Shown: positions 55,270 to 64,000 of the stretch, piece by piece | Position numbering within the stretch: position 1 is the first letter of the stretch | Layout of the letters: each line of letters opens with the position of its first letter | Program-made: the position numbers and the translations under genes | Assembly: GCA_964016885.1 (NCBI GenBank) | Contig: OZ024741.1 | Coordinates: 382,044,001 to 382,108,000, forward strand | Source of the DNA: Eledone cirrhosa | Taxonomy: Eukaryota | Reading direction: 5' to 3' | DNA: 64,000 nt | Notes under the pieces: model-generated | Databases searched by the model: none | What the model was told of the DNA's origin: nothing | What the model saw: only the letters and a program-made list of their open reading frames with translations

Positions 55270-56090
55270 TGTACACTCAGGTAAGTCTCTCTAGACCAAT
55301 CTAAATGTGAATGTAGTTCCACTGAAGCAAGTGGCGTATATCAAGTATCCATGATGGAAGGCAGAAGGCTGAATTAAGTGGAGGAATTGAATGGGCTGGT
55401 GAAGTAATACGACAGCTTCAGCATTCCGTAAACAGAAAAAGGGAGGTAGTGGTAAAAACCAACCAAGCTATCTTCATATCGGTATTCGTGCCAACCTTTA
55501 ACTATGGTCAGGTTACTTGGGTAATGGCCGAAATAATACAATCGCGAATACAAGCGGCCGAAATGGCGTTCTTCCGAAGATCAGAGCGTCACTCCACGTA
55601 GCGCAGCTACTTTTCTGAATTGAGAGATGACAGCTCTGATTGTATGGGCATGTACCTAGAGGGTCTCAGAGAAGAACGCTGGACAGATTCCACGGGCAAC
55701 TCCAACTGGCAGGAAACACTGAGGTAGACAACGTGCAAGCTGGTTGGATAACATCCATTGCGAGATGGTTGCTTCTGACAGGAGGAGGAAGAAGAAGAAG
55801 AAGAAGAAGAAGAAGAAGAAGAAGAAGAAGAAGAAGAAGAAGAAGAAGAAGAAGAAGAAGAAGAAGAAGGATGCGCTTGCTGCACGTCAACTCTGGTGCA
55901 TTTTAAAAACTAATGGGTATTTGTCATTCAGTTTAAAATACTTGATCAAGTTGATGTGACAACATCCTTGAACTTTGACCGTCTAGCTTGGTTATGAAAC
56001 CGGTTCAGTTGATGACGGCTGTTTCTGACATTAACTGCTTGAATGGGTGTTTGAGGATTCTGACCCCATGACTCTCCCAAGAAGAAGAAG
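55270..56090 (+). mobile_element. Old RTE-clade remnant(s) interrupted by (GAA)n 55788-55868
   Basis: YGQVTWVMAE..SRIQAAEMAFFRR and YGHVPR motifs; the terminus GACCCCATGACTCTC resembles ~40565. Confidence 0.65.
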
Positions 56091-58902
56091 ACAACATTAA
56101 CAACATTACTATGTCACATACACACATACACGGAAATATTTTGCGCACGGCGGTAATTGAATTCAGAAATTAAAGAGGTGTTCGTAAATACGGCTCTAAA
56201 AAATCTGCCAATCAATCATATAGGTTTAATCAAAAATAGCATGAAACATTGAAAAAAATACATGTTGTAGTGTATAAATATTTTGAACAACAATTTGTAT
56301 ATAGCTTTGAAAACTATGTATGTTCCTTAATTCCCAGAATGCTTCTTACTTACAACAAATATTTCTGTCATACCATTTATTTTTCTATTTTACCTATTCT
56401 ATTGTATATTTTAAGATTTACGAGTTATTCTATCTCCAGAAATCTACACATATGCTTACAATATATATATGTTCATTGAAACAACCTCCCCACACACACA
56501 CTTATATATATACTTTTTCATCACACAATACTAAAAATCTATTTATTCAATATTATAAATATTACAATAATAACGTATGTATGTTTTTTTTCTGTTTTTT
56601 TTTTCCTGGAGTTGTTTTATTATTTTGATATTTATCTATGGATATTAATATTTCATACACTGTGTTCTCAGAACTTTCTTAAACCGTTCACTGTAATGAA
56701 TTTCTACATTCCTACCTTATTGCCTAAGATATTTAACATAAATTCTATTTGAGCAGCTTCAATATATTTAATTCGATAATTATTTAAATTTCCCGTGTAT
56801 ATATCCAATTTACTCATATTTTACTTCCCTTTTTGTTTGAATTTAAGGGAATACATTATTATTTTTTTTCGGAATATTTAACTCCCTTCTCTTGAGCTGT
56901 TAACGTTTTCAAATTTGGTTTTTAATTTTCACATAACCTGAAGTAGAAATAGCGTCTTCTTTAATAGCGACGCATATTTGTACTACTATCTATATTGATA
57001 ATTCAACTTTATTTAAATCAGATATTTGTATAATACAATGTAAGGAATTTTTTTTAAATATAGCAGATTTTACAATATATTTATATGCTTCAAAGCCATT
57101 TTATATCGTAATACCTCAAATTATTTGCATTACACATTCCATATTTTATGCACATAGTTTTCCATATGTTCTGAAACCATTAGAATAATCCATTTATCAT
57201 AGCTACGTTAATCTTTTCCATGTACACATATTCACACATAATTATTGATCCAATCCATGATTCCATATTAGTTTACTTTACTTTTCTCTGGCTCTTCCCA
57301 TCTTAACATTTATTGTTTATATATATTATAGTCTGCCTTTTTCTATACATTTGTTTTAATGTGTTTTTTAAATTATTCTGTACAAAAGTTTATATTTTAT
57401 TCAAAATATTGATAGGTTTTATCTCTTCAATATTTAAAGTTTTATCTCTTCAATCCTTAAAGTAAACCTTGGTGAAACATATGAGCTGCAGTCACCTTTC
57501 CTATCAATATTGTTTCACTTGTCATTTCAATATACATATAAAAATAACAAATACCTATACTAGAAATCAGCGTAAAGTTGAAGGTTTTCTGTGTAATTAA
57601 CATATATATAACTACCATTTTGATTTATAAGCGCTAGATTTGATAATAATGAACTTCACATTTAAAAGTAAAACACTAGTTATACTAAAACCTTTCCAAT
57701 AAAGATGTGTGCTAGCATAAACAAAGTATTTAGTTATTTCCCTCGTCAAACGTGTGTCTCGCCCAAATTAGATTCACTATTCCAGATATCTTCTCTATTT
57801 TATATGACATGCATGGCGTTTCTGTAACAACATACCTCCTTACACAGATTCATAAAGGCCGTTATACTGAAAAAAAAACAATAGCTTCTGGAATGTAAGT
57901 ACAGATATATTTACTTATGTTTTTGTGTACAATGAATAGTTAAAGGCGCTTAAATTGCAGGGTTCATTCGTTTTGCAGCTAAGACGCCTAATTAAAAATA
58001 CAGCAGTCATATCTGAATTGAACTAACTTTAAAACGTCATACTCACAAAAACATAAACACACACACACATGCACATGTTATGCTACATGTTGACTTCAGG
58101 GAATATATATTCATATATGAGTTAATTTCGGCCATTTTCGCTTGTCATATTTTCAATGTACCCTGCACTTCTTCAGGCCACATCTCTTTTTAAAATATTT
58201 TCAAAATATTTTGAAGGATAAATTGTTCCTATGTTTGATTAGGTGCATAATGTGTATATAGAAGAGCAGTATTACGTCCCTCTACACGTCAAAAACGTGA
58301 ATGATTGAAATATGATAGCATTAGAAACAGACAGAAATGCAGAACAAATATAGACCTAAGGTGCTTCTGTTTCAAATGTATGTCGGGGAATGAATATAGT
58401 AATAGCATGAGACAAGGGTAGGGCTGCAAAAAGAAGAATAGTGTAAATTAAAAGAAAAACTGCAGAAACTATATGCATATGTCTCCATATTTGTCTGCCA
58501 TTATTCAGATGACGATTGAGGCAACCAGTTCCATGATAGATGCTTCTCAAATTGATAGCATTTCTTATATATTTATTTGACATAACACAACAAATTATAA
58601 TGGCATATTATTTACATGTAATCAAATGTCGATGAATCAAACAACTTTCGTTCACAACTCTAAGGCAATTATGATTATTATTAAGGAACATCATTGTTGC
58701 GAAGCTTTATAAGTGTATTACAAGTAATGATTCTTTTTCTATTATGCTATTTTGGAAAACGTACCATCATATAACTCAGGTGTATATTTTCTTTGATTCC
58801 AGATAAATCTTTCACAGTGCAGATGAAATTAATTTATCATTAAATGCTTTAGTTGTAACATATTTCAATGTTGCTCTACGACTTGAATTTGCCTTTCTAT
58901 GT

Positions 58903-59030
58903 TCCATTATTTTAGTATCATGAAACTTGGTTGATTTCTATTTTTATTTTAGATATGCATTATTTGTAAATAATGCATATCTAAAATAAAAATAGAAATC
59001 AACCAAGTTTCATGATACTAAAATAATGGA
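58903..59030. repeat. Perfect 128-bp palindrome (63-bp arms, 2-nt loop)
   Basis: TCCATTATTTTAG...GCATTATTT GT AAATAATGC...CTAAAATAATGGA. Confidence 0.95.
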
Positions 59031-59573
59031 TGAAAGGCTGTTTGACTACAAGCTACATTATTTCATTCGTCACTGAGCTTTTATCGTTATTCACATCTAA
59101 CAAGACAAAGTTAAAACATTAATATGTTTAAAGCATGTTTAAGCAGGTGTCTGTCTCTTTGATAGGTTAATATTCGTATTGGAAATTCAATTGTTTTGCA
59201 TCGCAACCACAGAAGGATTGACCGTCTTATTAGTATTTTTATTACACAAGTTATTTATGTAAGTTTCAGCTAGGGACATTCACCGGATATAAAGTATAAC
59301 CAAAAATATGTATCTCCTTTCTATATAATGTTGTATTAGTGTTACTGTAACTGTTAGCCTCAAACGAAAGTGTAAATATCTAAAAAAAATATAACGCAAA
59401 ACAGTCAATAAAATACAATCGAAATGTATAGACTTAAATTGGTCGTTAGAAAAGTAAACATTACTGTTACTAATTTGTAGTGCTATATAGCTAGCCCCCA
59501 AAATGTTATACTTTGTTTTCTGCTGGTATTTCGTTGTGTTGTTATAACATCAAATGTATGCAATATCCAACTC

Positions 59574-59605
<32 letters not shown>

Positions 59606-59611
<6 letters not shown>

Positions 59612-59754
59612 TCTGAAGACGGCGTATATATGTGTTTGGTATGTATATTTAATCTTGATAATTTGTATAATTTTGTATAATTTTGTACATAGATCTGTTG
59701 AATATGCATACCAATTATAACACATATATATCCTAGAAACGATCGTTAAATAAT
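59606..59754 (+). ncRNA. Hammerhead motif with greatly extended stem II
   Basis: ATTATTT-CTGAAGA-(~116-nt hairpin)-GAAA-CGATCG-TT-AAATAAT; the base of stem II is mismatched. Confidence 0.6.
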
Positions 59755-59802
59755 GAACTTTTTTTGTTTAATATAAGGAATTGTTTGTTCATTATTTGTT
59801 TA

Positions 59803-59872
<70 letters not shown>

Positions 59873-59876
59873 TTTG

Positions 59877-59917
<41 letters not shown>

Positions 59918-59951
59918 ATATATATATATATACATATATACATATATACAT

Positions 59952-59984
<33 letters not shown>

Positions 59985-60056
59985 TTATTCCGGGTTGAAT
60001 CGGAGGTAACCACAGTAAGTAAGGTACTCAATACATAGCAGAGTATAAAAGTTTAC

Positions 60057-60111
60057 TGAGATTCCTGATGATTTCTAATGAATGAAACAGTTCTAGTCCT
60101 GTAGAATCTCA
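60057..60111 (+). ncRNA. Type I hammerhead ribozyme in a ~130-bp island between (TA)n
   Basis: TGAGATTC-CTGATGA-TTTC TAAT GAAT-GAAA-CAG TTCTAGTC CTG-TA-GAATCTCA; predicted cleavage after GUA at 60103. Confidence 0.85.
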
Positions 60112-60134
60112 TCTATATATATATATATATATAT

Positions 60135-61225
60135 ATATCCAAAATTAAGATAATCAAAATTATGGGTGTCATGCCAGAAAGATATGCACCATATCACCCG
60201 CAAAATAAGCTCTAAGATTCTAACGAATAGGTCCGAGCATTTTATAATAACTAGAAATTGATTAACATATAAATAAACATGAATAATCACATGAGATAAT
60301 TTTTACAAGTGTGTAAGCACACATAGCTAGGTAGTTAACCAGAACTTCAAAAATAGATACCTTATAATATGATTAATCTTCCCTGTATATATTCCATTAA
60401 AGAAATATATTTCACCAATTAATCGAATGGTAAACCATGGAGGCCGGTACTTGGATTTTCAACAAGGAAGAGGTCCAGCGTTCTATGTTTACACTTCAAG
60501 TTCTGGTTAACTTTACTTAGTTACCTACCTAGCTATGTGTGCATACACACTTGTAAAAATTATCTCCTGTGATTATTCATGTTTATTTATATGTTAATCG
60601 ATTTCTAGTTATTATATATATATAAAATTAAGATAAATCAAAGGGAATTTAATCTAAATCAAAATTATGGGTGTTATTCCAGAAAGGCATGCGCCATATC
60701 ACCCGTGAAATAAGCTCCACGATTCTAATGAATAGATCCGAGCATTTTATAACAACTAGAATTTGATTAATATATAAATAAACATATGAAACAATCAGAG
60801 GGATAATTTTTACAAGTGTGCAAGCACACATACCTAGATGGGTAACTAAATAAAGTTAACTAGAACTTCAAAAATAGATACCTTATAATATGATTAATCT
60901 TCCCTGTATATATTCCATTAAAGAAATATATTTCACCAATTAATCGAATGGTAAACCACGGAGGCTGATACTTGGATTTACAACAGGGAAGAAGTCCAGC
61001 CATCTGTGTTTACGCATTAAGTTCAAATCAGCGACTGGCCAGTAACCCGTGCCGTATCTACTAAAAATACACACATCATACCAGCTTCGTCCCAGTGGCG
61101 TGAATAGGGTTATCGACAACTAGAAACAGCAGTCAAGTCATTTCAACAGAGTTAGCTCTACGATTAAGGAGCCGTATTTATATATCTATATCCAAAATTA
61201 AGATAAATCAAAGTGAATTTAATAT
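60135..61225. repeat. Partial tandem plus inverted copies of an unclassified ~400-bp repeat between TA tracts
   Basis: 60135-60500 is repeated at 60622-61025; ~60497-60615 is an inverted copy of ~60243-60350; the terminus AAAATTAAGATAA occurs three times. Confidence 0.8.
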
Positions 61226-61233
61226 ATATATAT

Positions 61234-61869
61234 CTAAGGCGGGTAAAATTCCCGAGATCCATGGACGAGTTCTCTCCAGCGGTCTCTGTCCCTCATTATC
61301 GCTGCCATGTCCTGCATCTCCAACAGACCAGTGTCTGTCCTTAGGGCATCAACATACGTTAACCTTGGTCTTCCTCTTCTAGTGTGTCCATGTAGGGGCT
61401 CCCAAAGGAGTACTGAGTGCAATGTCAATTCTGGATGTCGGTGAGCATGTCCAGCTAACCTCAGTCTCCTCTGTGTCACTTTTGAGCTGACTTTTGGGAT
61501 GCTCTCATACAGCTCTGAGTTTTTCATCCTCAGTGTATACTGATTAATGTTCAGAGCCATCCTCAGCATTCTCGTGTAGCGCCCATCCACCATCTGAGTG
61601 AGTTTTTTGGTCAGTGTCCAAGTCTCAGACCCATACAGCAGCACAGACTCCACTACAGCAATGAAGAGGCGGATTTTCAGGTCTCTACGAAGGTCCGACT
61701 TCCACACCGATCTCAAGCTGTGGCACGCCGCCCAGGCCTTGCTCTTCCTCTCAACCACATCATCTTCCGTATTCCCAATCTTTGCTCCCAAATACAGGAA
61801 GTCCTCAACCAATTCCAGCGGCTTCCCGCCTACATTAGTGATCCCCTCTGGCTTCTCAACATTTATGGG
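61234..61869 (-). mobile_element. RTE-clade LINE 3' end
   Basis: VEDFLYLG, LLYGSETWTL, RRLRLAGH, GRPRLTYVD and DRDRWRELV; ends at a TA tract. Confidence 0.92.
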
Positions 61870-62936
61870 TTAAATAACTACCTTATTCGAGTGGCACCGG
61901 TAAGGTATTGTCAGCCATTGAAAAGAAATATGGAGAGTCGATCTAACAGCACTAGGGTTCTAGCCCCTAATTACACTGTCAAGGAGCAACCTGGTCGTTA
62001 TGACTCTGCTGGCTTAGAGCCACAGAAAGGGCCAGTGGATGATGGATCAGCTGTCTCTGAGACAAATATAAAGAATGCAGTTTTGTCCTGCAGAAGAGCC
62101 ATCAAAATGGGCACTTTGAATGTGAGGACTATTCGGACGCTGGAGAAGAGAGAGGAGTTGGGACATCTGTTCGAGGAGAGTGGTATACAGATACTTGCGA
62201 TCCAAGAAGACAGGATTCTACACGATGAGCCCGTGAGGAGTGTGATGATTGGGAAGAAGAGCCAGCTTATCACTACATCGGCAGTGAAGAACACAACAAA
62301 TGCTGCAGTAGAAGGAGTGGGTTTTGTGTTCAGTGCAAAAACCAATCTGTTGGTGAGGGAAATAATGCCTATCTCCCCGCGAGTGTTGAGGGTGACCTTC
62401 AATGGAAACCCAAGACTGACAGTCATCTCAGCCTATAGTCCAACCGAGGGGGACAGTGATGTGAATGCGGAAGAGTTCCATGAGGAGGTGTGTAGAGCTG
62501 TCAACCCCACTCAGGCACACAATATCCTGCTTGTTTTGGGGGACTTCAATGCACATCTGAGTAAGGAGGGCAGTGAAGATCATTGCTGGTACTTCCATAA
62601 CAACACCAACCGAAATGGAAGACTACTGAGAGACACACTGCTGGAGGCGAACTTGATGGCGACCAACCTAGGGTTTAGGAAGAATCTGGGGAAGATGTGG
62701 ACCTACATCTCAGATATGCACCTGTCCAAGTCCCAGATTGATTTCATTCTGGTGAGGAAAAAGTGGCGGAATAGTGTTCCGAACACGGAACCATACAGCT
62801 ATTTCAGTACACTGGGTAGTGACCACCGGCTTGTTATGAGTGAGGTCCGCGTAAGCTTAAGAAAGAGCAAGGCTCAGCCCCGGAGAACAATATATGGCTG
62901 GGGAGCTTTCAAGGAAGATGATAAGCTACAGGAGAG
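61867..62936 (+). mobile_element. RTE-clade LINE 5' part (APE endonuclease), inverted relative to the 3' end
   Basis: MGTLNVRT, ILAIQE, GVGF, ISAYSPT, LGDFNAH, NRNG, SQIDFIL and SDHRLV; cut at 62936. Confidence 0.92.
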
Positions 62937-63599
62937 GTTCACGATAAACAAAATTCGAGATGAGCGGCAGAGGGCTCCATAATTCAGATAAATCAGAGCT
63001 ATAACTATCGTTAAAATACCGTCACACGTAGAATATGTCTACAATCAACCAAACGACCGAAAAATTGCGATATGGAAGATTCGGGACACTCAGATAAATT
63101 ATCAATAAATCAATAAATCAAATGAATGTAAAAAGCATACCCGGACCCACTACAGAGATGGTATATCCAGCTTCTTGGGTTTCTCTAAATCCTTAAACCG
63201 TCCTCCATCAGCTCACATAAAAATATAAGACTTATAGACGACGGGGGACTGGAGTTTACTTCTTCAACGAGCTTTAGTCCGAACGAATGAAAAGACAAAA
63301 CCCAGGCTGAAAATACGCACAGCGATTTCAGCAAGGGAGATAACCTTTATATCCGCAAAAAATATTCGGGAAAATGTGGAATAACACATATATCACATAT
63401 TTTTTTATGTGTTTGACCCGAATTACTTGGTCGTTTCTATGGCTATGCGGATGACGGTTTAACCATCGTCTCAGTGTGTTTGGCCTTTAACGTATGTTGT
63501 AGCTCTGGTTCGTCAGAATTATTGACCGCTTGCCACACATCTCGGAAGTTGCTTTTCGCTAATTTCAAAGCCGAAATACGATTCTCGCTAATTTATATT

Positions 63600-63653
<54 letters not shown>

Positions 63654-64000
63654 TAAGAGGAATTCCAACTTTGTCTGATTTACTCGTTTTATTTACAATC
63701 CTTTAAAATTTATAATGGTATTATAATGAAATAGTATGATAGAATATTAAATTCTAAGTGTTAATTGAACAAGTACTTTCATGCTTTCGCAATCTTCAGG
63801 TTCATAATATGTGGTGACAGTCAAGTTTGCAATTTTCAACTGTAATAAGATGGGTAAATTTCCTACCTTTTATACATTTTATACAGGGAAAAGTGGCTCC
63901 AGAGTGCTAAGCCCTGTAAACTGCATTTCGGCCAATATAGCTGGTCCAACATGCCGCACCCACCGTCTAAGCAATTTTGTTGACATTATTTTGAAACCAC
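62937..64000 (+). repeat. Duplicate of 24491-25576 (610-bp family, (TA)n, inverted PLE-A pLTR with hammerhead at 63766-63804, truncated RT)
   Basis: Near-identical collinear sequence, including the junction TTCGGCCAAT|ATAGCTGG; runs off the window end. Confidence 0.93.

Noticed and set aside
56100-58900. Host exons in the AT-rich unique-looking region
   Set aside because: No ORF with recognisable motifs; small exons cannot be excluded without transcript data.
61720-62982. 420-aa ORF as one gene
   Set aside because: Chimera of antisense RT, APE and the 610-bp repeat across two junctions.

Overview
AT-rich metazoan DNA made almost entirely of retroelements and microsatellites. The SINE family and long (TA)n arrays suggest a cephalopod such as octopus (inference). 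No host gene was recognised. Contents: four decayed Tx1/L1-clade LINEs (one nested in another with a 16-bp TSD); two families of Penelope-like elements (PLEs; RT plus C-terminal GIY-YIG) with hammerhead ribozymes in their pseudo-LTRs; several short non-coding hammerhead or fold-back elements between (TA)n tracts; two R4/Dong-type fragments; RTE fragments; a LINE fragment with CCCH fingers; tRNA-derived SINEs; and the start of a duplication about 38.4 kb downstream of its source. Most notable: all four divergent Tx1 copies carry a consensus 5' splice site at the ORF1 stop. The three with intact 3' ends carry a TGTAG 3' splice site at the ORF2 stop. ORF2 therefore looks like a removable intron, and in two copies excision regenerates the ORF1 stop in different codon phases. 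Element boundaries were read by eye and may be off by a few bases.
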